Assembly: GCA_000934665.2 (NCBI GenBank)
Contig: JYFJ02002869.1
Span: forward strand, 1-49,622
Reading direction: 5' to 3'
Length of the DNA stretch: 49,622 nucleotides
DNA from: Catajapyx aquilonaris
Lineage: Eukaryota
The notes under the pieces were generated by a model. It worked only from the letters and a program-made list of their open reading frames with translations. It did not search any database and had not been told where the DNA came from. Below, piece by piece: positions 12,120 through 24,271 of the stretch (its first letter is position 1; each line of letters starts with the position of its first letter). The translations under genes were made by a program, and so were the position numbers.

Positions 12120-13155
12120 GCGAACCGATTGGCTGCTTCGACACTGGTGGCAGAAGCCGCTACTGGCAGGGCCTTCCTAATTGCAACTTTGCGCATGCAA
12201 GAAGCATTCTTCTGGAAGGTAGTGTATGGAAGGTAGTACTTCGACTCAATATTACTCCATCACATAACTTGCATTGCAGTACCGATATGCATGTGTGAAC
12301 GTGATCCGAGTGGGTTACGACGAAGAAAGAGCGGACTGGAACCTCGTGGACATATACAGGAACGCGGAGATCCTTGGCCGAAGAATCGGGTATTTCTGTC
12401 AACTTTTAATATTACTGGGCACCCATGAAGACGACATCCACTACGTAGGCTTCAGCATGGGAGGACTGATCGCCGGTTTCGTCGGAAACTATCTGAAGAT
12501 AAAATATGGCATCGTTATTGGAAAGATATCGGGTAAGACTAGTCCTCTTTTTTTGCAAGAGACCACCTAATTTTTTGCATGTGAGGACAAAACACTTGAA
12601 ACTGCGCTGTACTTGTAAGCTAACTCTGAATATCTATGGCATCTTTTGAAGCGTTGGATCCTGCTGGTCAAGGTGGCTGCTATTTGAGGCAAATAAGTGG
12701 TGGTTACATGCTGGACAAGTCCCATGCCAAGCAGGTGATGTGCTTGCACACAAACGGAGGCAACATCACAATGGACCAAGTGGCCTGCTTTGATCCAATA
12801 GGACACGTCGATTATTATCCAAACGGAGGACAGTTTCAACCTACATGCTTGAATCCAACTCTCTGTATGGACAACATGATTGAAAATAATGTGTATCAGC
12901 TGGCAATCAATCTTATCATGTTTTTTTCTTCCAGTGAACGTGTTCTGCAGCCATTTATCCGCACCGGCCTACTCTCTGAAACGTGTCGTTTCAAGTCCTT
13001 CCCAGCTTCCGACCACAGAGATTTCGGAGGATTCCTCGAGGGAGATTACTTTGGGTGCAAGGGAAACTGCGGAGAGATAGGCTTCCCCACGTTTGAGTCC
13101 GATGCAACTGATGGAGTACAATTTCTCCTTACTCACGCCAAGCCTCCATACTGCG
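12120..13155 (+). pseudogene. Lip3a: lipase pseudogene (exons 3-6 only)
   Basis: Compared with Lip3b: exons 1-2 are deleted, about 163 nt are missing from exon 3 at 12190/12191 (removing HGF), 16 nt are missing at about 12972 in exon 6, and exons 7-9 are replaced by lectin sequence. GFSMG and ALDPAG are retained. Confidence 0.88.
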
Positions 13156-13196
13156 GTGAATTACAATTACATCCGTGTAATGCACAATCCACTGCA

Positions 13197-13736
13197 ATGA
13201 AAATGAAGGGCATCCTAGCAGTGAGTAACTCCAGCAGCCAGTGCAAATACCCTTTCGTCACACTGTCCACTGGTTGCTACTACACCGGCGGGCCTCATGC
13301 TATTACATGGTTCACTTACTGCTTCCCATATGTGCAGGAAGCTCGGTGGGGATCTGTCATTGAGGGCCCTGAAGAACACGACGCCATCAAGAATTACCTC
13401 GCCAAGCGTAAGCAGATGTGCATTACAGGCATCCTGGAAAGTATTTTACAGGGATCGAGAATATTGAACTTGCTTATGCCTTACAGAATACGTGACTACT
13501 TTCGTTTGGTTGGACGCACACGCCCTGGTCGATGGCGTCAATTTCTACTGGCAGACAACCCTTCAAAACCACTAAATCTTGGTTACAGCGATTGGGATAA
13601 AGAAGAAGGATATACACAGGACGCGAGGAGTTATCCATGCCTTTGCATGAAACCTAAAAACAAGTTTTTATGGGCCAACTGGGAGTGCAATAATAATTTC
13701 AACTTCATATGCGAAGCACCCTGGGAGCCTCAATAA
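13197..13736 (+). pseudogene. C-type lectin (CTLD) gene, frameshifted
   Basis: CKYPF...GCYY, then W-FTASHMCRKLGGDL in a shifted frame, IEGPEEHDAIKNYL, intron 13408-13486, VWLDA...FYW, then YSDW...C...W..W.C.....FICE. Frameshifts at about 13315, 13356 and 13561. Confidence 0.8.
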
Positions 13737-13933
13737 CATTTTAACTAACATATAACATATAACCACTTTCAGTATAGCGTCTCCTCTCTGGATGTAGGGA
13801 AGGATTCTGAGGTCCACATGATGTGTTGTTAGGTTGGCGTGAATAAAATCATCGTTTACTCCAAATTCCTACTTCATTCCATCAAGCAAAGTGCATCCTA
13901 ATACATCCTAATAAGCCTTTGAACTGGTTAAAT

Positions 13934-14081
13934 CAAGGGGGTAATCACTCGACTGAAAAGTGTACACTGGAGTACCAAATTCAAGGAGTACCACGGAGTA
14001 ATAAAGAGTGAGGTGCCTGAGGAGTACCAGGGAGTACCACTCCCAGGTGTACACCGGAGTACCGAAGTGATTACCCCCTTG
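13934..14081. mobile_element. 148-bp MITE (8-bp TSD; hAT- or P-like)
   Basis: 16-bp TIR CAAGGGGGTAATCACT / AGTGATTACCCCCTTG. TSD GGTTAAAT at 13926-13933 and 14082-14089. Internal GGAGTAC repeats. Confidence 0.85.
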
Positions 14082-15042
14082 GGTTAAATGGATAGGAACT
14101 TTTTAAATTCTCGCTATTCCGTTGCCATTGTCGACTATAGGTTCTGCTTATCTTTCCCATGAATCGGACATGATCGTGTGACGTAGACATGGTAATTCAT
14201 TGGCGCCATATAATAATTTAAGGCTGGAAGTGATGTTCGGGGGAAAAATAAGTCCAACTATGCAGCTTGTAACTACTGCGATTGTAACAGGCAACAACAA
14301 TAATATTGACGTTGGTGTATTTATGACATGGGTTTTAAATATTTTGCATGCATCATTTATTTTTAATTCTAGAAAGTACCACTGTGGCTCCACACGTGGA
14401 GATATTAAGCAAGTGACATAACATGACCATCACCGACAAACAGCACATTAGTATGATCAACCCTAGTTACATAAGAGTGCATGTGTAGGCTACACTACGC
14501 GACTAATAAAAAATCCTGTCCTGGCGAGACTGGAATGCAGGTTCGTTCACTGCGAGGCCACACAACATGCACAAACAGATTTCCATGAAGCACAAAATTA
14601 TGCAGTACTGTACAATGCAGCAATGGACTGCAACGGCAGATGATGCCGATATTAAAATCACTCGTACTCATAGAATGAGGAAGCACGTGTGTAAATCATG
14701 TAAAAGGGCAGGGTTACATTCACGCATTTTTTCTGCGAGGCAGGGATGTTCCAACGATGTTCCTTCTTCGAGGCTGGCAGTTCTGTTAAATAATATTTTT
14801 AAGATTATTATTGAACACTGAGACACGCACACTGAGAATAATAATAATCTCAAAGGAAGTTATAGTGTCACGAATGCGCATAAAACTACTGTACTTAACA
14901 CAAGAAGTGTACACGTAGACTACTACATGATTTTAAAAAGTTTCGGGACAAGCATACCGTGATATTCAAGCAACAGCACTCTATGAAGGAGAATATTAGA
15001 AAGAAATATATAATTAAAGTACAGAGAGTTGTACAGCACCAA

Positions 15043-15131
<89 letters not shown>
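15043..15131. repeat. (AAT)n microsatellite, the tail of the adjacent SINE
   Basis: About 30 perfect AAT units. Confidence 0.95.
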
Positions 15132-15132
<1 letters not shown>

Positions 15133-15410
15133 TCATACCCCGTTATCAGCCTATCGGCTCTTAAGGGGGGAAGTTTTTTTTTTGCTTTGGCTGGAACTCT
15201 TTGCTTTCATTTTACTGCGCTTTTTGGGATAGGATAGGAACGGAAGGAAGCGGCTGTGGCCTATTAATTACAGAAACAACTCCGGAATTTTCCTGGAAGG
15301 ACCGTGGGAAACCACAGAAAACCACGGTCAGAGTTGCCGGCCCCGGGATTTGACCCCAGGACCTCCAGATTAGCAGTCGGACACCATATCCCCTACTCCA
15401 AACTGCTTCG
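15047..15410 (-). mobile_element. tRNA-derived SINE-like retroposon with (TTA)n tail, inserted just 3' of ELOVL-A exon 8
   Basis: Minus-strand 5' region has a degenerate B box (GGGGTCAAATCCC) and the 3' end has a microsatellite tail. Flanked by direct repeat GTACAGCACC(A/G)AAATA at 15031-15046 and 15411-15426 (TSD). Confidence 0.7.
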
Positions 15411-15474
15411 GTACAGCACCGAAATATACGCTTATCATATTTTTTTTGCTAGGCTACAATATCAGTAGACTTAC

Positions 15475-17051
15475 CTGTGCTTCAATTTGTAAGCAGGCTA
15501 ACTTCGTGCCACATTTCTCACTTATTAATTTTATAGTAATCTGAAGAAAATAGATACTGGGTAAATAACTAAATATTCTTCGATTTTTGTCAGTAGGCCT
15601 ACCTTGGTATTTTTGTTGTTGTATGACTCCAGGTAAAAATTAATGAACAATCCCAAAAGTGTGGAACCCAAAAGTAATGCCAAAACTCTTGTGAACTTGG
15701 GATAATTGCATTCCACAAAGAACAGGAAGGATTCGTGTATCATCAGCACAACAAATTGAGCCTAGGGAAGACACGGAAACATCACTAATATATTATAACT
15801 GACTTCTCACATATCTGGGGGGAATAATAAAGCCACAATATTATATTATTGATAAAGTATGATGGGAGTTAATTATCTGTTCAATCGGTTTTTCTTCTCT
15901 TCGTGTTAATTACACGAACAACCTTTTTACCATCTGGAGGACAGTCAGGTACCGTTTCCACCACAGGTACTTGTGGTATCCAGAGGCAGACAAGAGGTAG
16001 TACGTGTACATCAAGACGTGAATGAAGGAGTTGAGCAGCAGTAATAGAGTGTAATGTCCTCCTTTAAAGAAAGATGCAAATCAGTAGGTAAATAGCAATT
16101 TCAGAGCAGTTATCCACAGCTCAATCACCTCCAATGAATCTGACGATGTACCACACCCAACACAGTGTCGCAATGTGATGGTACACGTGCAGGAAGCTGA
16201 CCTGACTGTAGCTCTTCCTCAGAACAAAAAACACCTGATCGGACAACAAGTTGGATCATTAATATTATCATAATTGCTTCAACCACGTCCAACGTCTTTT
16301 ACTCTTGGTTTCATTGTTGACCATCGTGTTTGAAGCCATAATATGATAATTATAGGGCTTGTTCTACTTACAGTATCGAGCCAATCGACCACTTTGGCCA
16401 GCAAGTACCACCAACAGGCGTACACCATCTGCAAGAAAAAGGTCAACATCATTGACAAGCAGGCTAATAGCTGTTCGAACAATGCAACAATGGCTACAAT
16501 GGGTTACTAATGGAATTGCTTATTTCACTTCTTTCACTAACCGTCATGGCCTGGGGACTCCTGGAAAAATCGCTCGGTTGACATATGAAGCTGTAACCAT
16601 TGAACCAACCTCCTCTCACGCACTAAAATAATAACAGACATACCGTATACAGTATAAGCGTGATCAATATAATATGCAGGACTCACCAGTGTGATGATCC
16701 ATGCGTTCTGGACAACTTGAAATAGGTTATATGCGATCATTGTATTTTTTAGCTGGAATGGTTCTCTACCAGTCATGAACTTGGGAAGAGCGTAGCATAC
16801 CGTAACCAAGTACACCAGAGAAGCAAACAAAACAATGAAAATACTGTTCATCAATGGCAGCTCCAACAGACGAGGGTCTAAAAATAATCACAGGCGTAGA
16901 GTAAGAGAGTGGAGAATAAACACATTTAAAAAGCCTTACCTTCATTATTATAGAACAAGTAGTTGTATTGCTTCATCACAAATGAAGTCAATAATTCACT
17001 CCCATTTTCGCAACTGTCACTAAACCTTTGAAGGGTCTGGTCCATTTCCAT
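15475..17051 (-). CDS. ELOVL-A: very-long-chain fatty acid elongase (ELO/GNS1/SUR4 family); 3' end uncertain
   Basis: Exons 17051-16940, 16877-16687, 16622-16542, 16428-16372, 16234-16129, 16061-15931, 15761-15603 and 15540-15475 splice in frame. Motifs [61 protein letters not shown]. Possibly ends in a micro-exon at 14980-14966. Confidence 0.9.
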
Positions 17052-17116
17052 CTCTTGCACAAATTCTCCTTTAAATAATTATGGAGCTGTAGGAATTTTG
17101 CAATTTTATGGGTATA

Positions 17117-17734
17117 CCGATCAGAGTTAGCTCCAGAACAGGACTGGGCAGAATAAGGCACCTCCCTTTCACCATACGATTCGAATTATACGCGCAGTTC
17201 ATTTTGATAGGACCAAGTTCTGTTTCGCAACATCAATTCTTGTCCGAAAACTTGCCGAAAACTAGTCGAAAGATATTTAGATTGATTTTTCCAGTTCAGG
17301 TGTTTGGCCAGAAAGTAGGACTACGCGCTGAAAAAACTAACATTGGTGATGATGATGATAACAATGACGACGACGACGATGATTAGGCATTCCCCGGCGC
17401 AGGCTGCCAATTTATTCCTGTCCCACATGTATAACAAAACTTGTCGAGTTAGAATTTTGTGAAATTCAGATATTCCAATTAAAAATTTGGTTTTTTTGAA
17501 TACACTGTACAGACAAAAAAAATCTCGTCAAGGACAATAAATTCACGCACAGAGCTCTGCGTATAAGTTATTCCCTTAATTGCACGATTAAAGCGAGTGA
17601 CCGTCTTTGCCAGAGCCGAAGTTTCACTTTCAACTGATATGGCAGGAAAATATAAAAAAAAGTGAACCAGCAAGCGGATAAAACGATTTTGACACCCTTT
17701 GGAAACAGAACACAAATTCTTAATGTGTGGTGGA
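17117..17734. repeat. About 620-bp dispersed repeat, copy 2
   Basis: Highly similar to 5978-6609. Begins about 65 bp upstream of the ELOVL-A start codon. Confidence 0.85.
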
Positions 17735-19598
17735 TGAGGGGCCTGGGGTATAAAAAGTTGTCCTAGGTTCAGGTTTGATAAATATTATCAAAACGCTTCC
17801 ACCACGAAGCCTACCGTGTACAGTAGATTCGAGTTGATTATCCCCCCCCCAAAAAAAAAAAATGTATTTCTTCGCCCTATTTATTATTATTTTTTCTACA
17901 TTTTTGTTTTTATTTTATTGGCCTTCCCAAGACCCGTAAGAACATGCTGACGCCCAATCCGTGCTGTCGAACCTGTAGACCTGTCTGAATGACCTCATGC
18001 AGTGATTTTATTATTATATTTGACCTTGTTCCAATGTGAAGGTTCAATCAGTGTCAAAATAATTGCTGATTTTGTAATCCAGCTACAGCACATGTGCGTC
18101 ACTCACGATTTACACGCGAAATTGCTGAATATTTCCACATTTCCTGTACCTATATGGTGTGTAATAATAATATTCAAGAGTTATTACTCTACAAGTCTAC
18201 AGGATAGTGGAATGATTTCTATCCCATGGTTTGTGACACCCAAAAAGTCTCTTACAAATTTTCACCAGAACCCGAGTAAGTTTTGCCCTAATTTACAGTG
18301 TATTTTTGGTAGCTTTGAAACAACACTGGACATCGAATAATTGGTCGCATATAGACCAATTAGAATGAAGTTTCAGTTTTTAAATTCAGCCATACAGTTG
18401 TTAGTAAAGTGCCTTGATAATATTTGCTATGTCCACTGGCCACATTACCTGGCATAATGCATGTTCACACAACAAGAAAAAAGGTACGAGTCAAAAATTC
18501 CGACCTAATTTTAAGTTTATTTTTCCTTGATAATGTGATAGTTATAAATGTATTAACTGTGTCTTATTATAAGAAACATCAAAATAATGTAAGGACATGT
18601 AATTGACTCTGACATAGTCACGGTGTGCGTTTGAAAACAAGTGAAGTGATTGGAACGCCTTTAAAATAGGTCAGACGAGACTACATACTGTGTAACAAGT
18701 TGCCCTAGGTCCAGGCCTATAAGATGTCAAACCTGAAATTGTGGTCTCACATAATATTATATGAAAGGTGGCATCCCGACAGCACATCTTACACCACAGC
18801 TTATTGTACAGAATAATTAATTTATCGTCGCACTAAACAATAATTAAAACAGGAACTTGCGTGCACCTGCTGAAAGTATCATAAAATTGGCATCACTCTA
18901 GCTGCTAAATGATGCTGAAAATCCCAAAATTATTCTAACACAGTTTGTGTCTTAAAATATTAATTGAAAGGTTCTAATTGTGGAGTGTCACAGATCGAAA
19001 TGTAATAAAAGGAAAATTATTGTGGGAGTTAGTGTGTAGTTCTTAATATGCTTACTCTCCCCGGCACATGTTGTTGGTAGTGACCTTCACTGCTGACGTC
19101 TGGCATTGTGATGTAGCTATCACTGTTCAAGATCATGGTCACCAGTTCACGCATTTGTTCTGTGAGGCAGGCTGCCATTAATTTTCTCTCTCTTTGTGAT
19201 GGTTGAATAATGGTCTACATTGTAGGTCGCGCATGCTTCAGTCGCAGGCTCGGCATGCTATTCAAAAGAAATAGAAATACATGTAACGGTGCTGAATGTA
19301 GTTTCCAGGAGCAATAATAATCAGACCCATATTTATATACGTTAGCATTGCTTTTCTGTAAAGTGGCTGCTGGAGTGAACAATCCGCCACTTTTCACCTC
19401 TTCGTTTCTGACCTAATGTCTTGAGCAATTCATCCCTCTGTATAGCAATAAAATACTCATATCCAGAAGGCCGGAGGTATGAAAGCAAATTGTAAAAAAT
19501 CTCAGCGGATTATGTGTGCGTGTATTCCGGCACTTTGCCTATTACTACACAGCTCTCTTAATTTGAGTCCTCTTAATTAGACATAAGAGTGAGCGTAC

Positions 19599-21098
19599 CT
19601 GCGCTTCAATTTGCAGGCAGGCCAATTTCCTCCCATACTTATCACCCATTAATTTTATGGTCACCTGAAAAGTAGCCTAATTAGCGTATAGTCATAAAAT
19701 AGTTTCGTCACTCTTTATCAATTATATTACCTTGGTGTTTTTTCCGCTGTAGGATTCGAAATAAAAATTAATGAACAGCCACAAAATCGTAGGCCCCAAG
19801 AAAAACGCCAGTGCCCTCGTGAATTTGGGATAATTGCAGTCAACGAAGAATAGGAAGGATTCGTGTATCATGAGCACAACGAACTGAGCCTGTAAAAGAC
19901 ATTGCAAGGTGACTTGGTTCATTTCCAAAAAATAAAAGAAGACTGCCTGCAACAAATAAATTGATAAAGATTCTCGATGAGACGATTAATTATTATTAAT
20001 TCTCTAAAACAGGTTCTGACTCTTCCTGTCAGTACCCCCCCCCCCTTTACCATTTGGATGACGGTGAGGTACCGCTTCCACCACAAGTACTTGTGGTATC
20101 CTAAACCAGCAAGCAGGTAGTAAGTGTACATCAAAACATGAACAAAAGAGTTGCACAGTATTAGTAGTGTCCAATGTCCGCCTGTGAAACAAGCGCAAAT
20201 TACTTTTTGCGAGCTCACTTCCATTGCCACAACAACTAATTACTCACCTCCGATGAACCGCACTACATACCACGCCCAGAAGGGCGTTGATATGTGATGG
20301 TACACGTGCAGGAAGCTGACTTGAGAGTAGCTCTTTCTCAGCACAAAAAACACCTGATCGGACAAACAGGTTTGACGATTAAACACTTGCATGACATGTT
20401 ACTTGCTGACCTACCGTATCGAGCCAGTCCACCACTTTGGCCAGCAAGTACCACCAACACGTGTACACCATCTGAAAATTTACCAAAGTTTTTAAATATT
20501 ATCTGCATTAAAATTTTCGGCCTACACGGAGTAATTCACCTACTGTGGAGTCTGTATAGCAAGTGGGACGAAAATTCGACCCCTTCTTTTTAAAACTAAC
20601 CATCATAGCCTGGGGACTTCTGGAAAAGTCGCTGGGTTGGCATAAAAAGCTGTACCCATTGAACCATCCTCCTCTCACGCACTAAAACAATAGCAAGTAC
20701 ATTAATTATTACTGCATGATTAAAGATATGCTGGAATTTTGTAACTCACCAACACAACAATCCAGGAGTTCTGCACAACTTGTAACGCGTTGTACACAGT
20801 CAGTGTGTGCTTGAGATTCAATGGTTCTCGACCTTCCATGAACTTTGGAAGTGCGTAACATACAATTAAAAAGTACACCATTGCAGCTCCCAAAACAATC
20901 CAAACGCTATTCATCAACGGCAATTCCATGAATCGAGGGTCTGCAAAACGTTCAACTTGTCAAAAATTCGAGTTAAAACGAGGCTGATAGTTTACCTTCA
21001 TTGTCGTACAGGAAGTAGTTGTACTGCTTCGAAATATACGACGTCAAGTGTGTTCCGGTTCCGTTAGCCGCGTCTTCGTCCAGCTGAATTTTCTCCAT
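19599..21098 (-). CDS. ELOVL-B: very-long-chain fatty acid elongase, paralog of ELOVL-A; 3' end uncertain
   Basis: Exons 21098-20996, 20940-20750, 20681-20601, 20471-20415, 20353-20248, 20181-20051, 19889-19731 and 19664-19599, with the same intron positions as ELOVL-A. Motifs [27 protein letters not shown]. Probable further exon at 19214-19056. Confidence 0.9.
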
Positions 21099-24000
21099 TT
21101 TGGCCACTTGTTGTCCAGATGATGTGAACTGCCCAAGTCCTTCTTCAATAATGGACCCACAGAAATACTACAACATTATAAAATGTTCCCTCGTGCAGCC
21201 TGCGTATCGCCTTTCTTCCCATATAATCACACAATCATATGCACAATGTTTATATCCGATTCGACCTGAAAGTAGAACCACATTTTAATTTATAGAGCTA
21301 GCCCGAATTTCGTGAAGGGGCTAACTTTACGTTCTCCAGATCATTACTCCGGACGGAAAAAAAGTTGCCTTTATTTGTCATTGCGTAAGAAGAATAACGC
21401 CAAAAGTTGGTCAGTCAACAGCAGGAGTGCGATTCTGAATTAGGATTTAGGGTCCTTCTCTGATTGGCCAGCCTAATCCATGACATCATGACTGATTAGG
21501 ACCCAGTTCGGTGTGGTTCAAATATGAGTGTTTAAAAACCTCGGTCTTGAATGGAAATAAAGTGTTTGAGTAAAAAAAAGTAACTTACCATCACCCAGCG
21601 TATGTTTTGACATGTTCTAATCGGGATTTAAAATTTAAATTATTTTTAGAAGAATTCTAGGAAGAATACAGCTTGACAGTTACCTGCCTAATATTTTTAA
21701 TTGTCCATTGCTGATAGAAAATAATGTTATTGCTGCACTGAAATCCTTTACTTCTTTTCGATAAGAACACAGTTCCCCGCTGCGGCAAAGAGTGTGGCCT
21801 GCTCCATCAAATCGCATACGAATGTGGAGCTCATTATTACGATTCAACCAGGGAATGATGTCGATCTATCAAGCTTTTAATGTGGCAGTAAGTTTCATTT
21901 AACTGACATTAATGAGAGTCAAAAAAGTTACTTGACTGGTGTTGTTATTTTTAAAAAGTCGAAATGTAGCGGACTTCAATCGCAATGCAGTTTACTTTGG
22001 AATCGATTAAGGCAGAACAAGGTGCCCAATAGAGAGGATGGCGTGATTAACATACTTTGCATATGGAACACCGTGACAATATCATGGGGCGCAACAGGTC
22101 CAGCCAGAGTTTGGAAAAAAAAACTAACTGGAAATTTGGGTCGAATATTTTGAGGCAAGAGAGATTGTGGGCGTCATTTTCTGGTTTGCAGCTTTCTGCG
22201 TATATAGAGAAACGTGGTTATATTAGTTTACACATAAAGGATTACAATAAGACGACGGACTATAATTATAGCCAATCATGAGAAACCTCTCCTTCAAATT
22301 AGACATCTTTTTAGAATATATTGATATTTCTTCTAGGATTTAATCCCATTCACACAGACGATATTGTTTTGCCTGATTGAACTTCAAAAACTTAGCCTAC
22401 TTTTGTATCTAATGCTGAGCTACAATTTTTTGAGGGTGAACAAAATTGTTATACAGCCTTGAAAAGCTGAACTCTGTTTTTGTACTATACAAAAAGTTCA
22501 TGAATAATTGTTTTGTTTCATTTTATCATTGAGCACAATTTTTCGCAGTTCGTTTATTACTTGATAGGTGTTTTTACGAACACATTATTATGACCAAGTG
22601 CCAGCAATGGCTGCCGATTATGACATTAGTGAACCATAACCTATTGTATAGGAAAAGTTATAAGAAAATTCCATTTTGGCAAGACCGCTTTCACTTTTTT
22701 TTCTGGTAGCATATACTGACCACTCTAATCGATAATGGCATCAATGTTTGGTATCAAAATAATATGCTCTCAAGGTTTCGCAAGAAAAGAGGGCGTGAAC
22801 AGACAAATATGTCGGTTCTAGGAGGTATATTTTGCAAAAAAGTATTTATCCAGAAATGCAAATGTGCTGCGTCATCATTACATACATGGCATTAAAATTG
22901 ACAATGTCACGGTAAAATTAATATTGACTAAATGTAAATAAGGAACAAGTCAACGTAAGTTGAGTAGATTACTTTACTTCATTAATGAGTAATGCGGTTC
23001 GGCATTTAGTGGCAATGTAATATGACTAAATCATGTCCATTGCACAACGTTTTTGAAACTTGTCAAGTGAGTCGATAAATTTTGACTCGAAAGAAGGCCA
23101 ATGGGGTAGTTTGCTACCCACTACCTTTTTAGACGTAACAATTTTCCGATCTAATTGTCCCACAGAGGTTTAAAAAATACTATTATTACTCTTTTTTATA
23201 TAATAATACCAGGCGTTTGTTAGGCAACAACCATGGGTGCTGCATAGGGTGTGGACAACTTGTAATTTCAACATTAGAAAAGTCATCGCATTATAATACT
23301 GGCATGGACTGGTTGCTTTTAACACTTGTGGAACCAGCTGATTAGCATCATGTAACGCATTTTAAATTTTGGAATGTAAACGATCGTCGTCAAATGTGCG
23401 TTGCTTGTTATCGATATACAAGAAAGGAGGGCGTTGTGCGTAATTCATTGGGCGCTCAACTTTCACTCTCAAAAACTGGATGAAAACAAGATCGACAAAT
23501 TCAAAATAAATCAACAGGAGCATGGAAAGTAATGTCACACACATCATTACACCAAATGAGAATAGAAAAAGAATTGAAGTAACAGCATGTGTACATATTG
23601 CAGGAAATGGTATGCAATATAGCGGTAGTCTATTTACTATAAGTAAATGCCATTATGATACAAAGTAATGAAGTCTGAATTTTTAATGTGCACGTTACAT
23701 AATTATTCAATTGTGATGCTCCAACATACTGTTCGTATTCAGGAGGTCGTCCTGAGAACATCCCATCATCAACGCTGGCTTTGAACTTTGAAGGGTGAAA
23801 AATCATACAATAGCAAGTTTCGTAATCGTGTTATTAATGTTCCTGAAAGCGTGACCTTGAATAATAAATGCAAATGTGCACAATTCAGTTGTCAGTCGCT
23901 ATCACCTTCAAATTGCTGCCACATATAATGGGAGAAAATAAGCATATTTCACTGTCACTCTCCATGGAAATGGTGGACGTTCAGTAATTGAATATCGGAG

Positions 24001-24271
24001 CCAGTAAAAGATGGATCCATTTTAATATGGCATGCAAAAGGCCCAGTAAAAGGAAATTCTGCTTGGTGAATTAGCCGATTCATCGAGGGCGGTGCTGCTC
24101 ATCCATCAAAATTGTAGTCTATGCACAGATCAAAGGAAGACGATGATTGTGTAACATTGCACCGGAACAACGATGTGATAATAACACCTTTGCGTGCGAC
24201 TCTCTGCAATATATTTGAGCGCGGGGCTACAATATTTTTGCGACAGTCGGTATTCCGCCTGAGCTGAGACC

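Larger units (their letters stand above)
6609..13185 (+). repeat. Segmental duplication, copy A (Lip2a plus 5' part of Lip3a)
   Basis: Colinear with about 23724-29990 through exons, introns and intergenic DNA, apart from copy-specific insertions and deletions. Starts at ACATACTGTTC and ends at TGTAATGCAC. Confidence 0.92.

Noticed and set aside
14959..15237. Poly-Asn and poly-Ile ORFs
   Set aside because: Translations of the (AAT)n microsatellite.
21300..23700. Short ORFs between ELOVL-B and Lip2b
   Set aside because: No recognisable motifs or consistent exon chain. Treated as intergenic.
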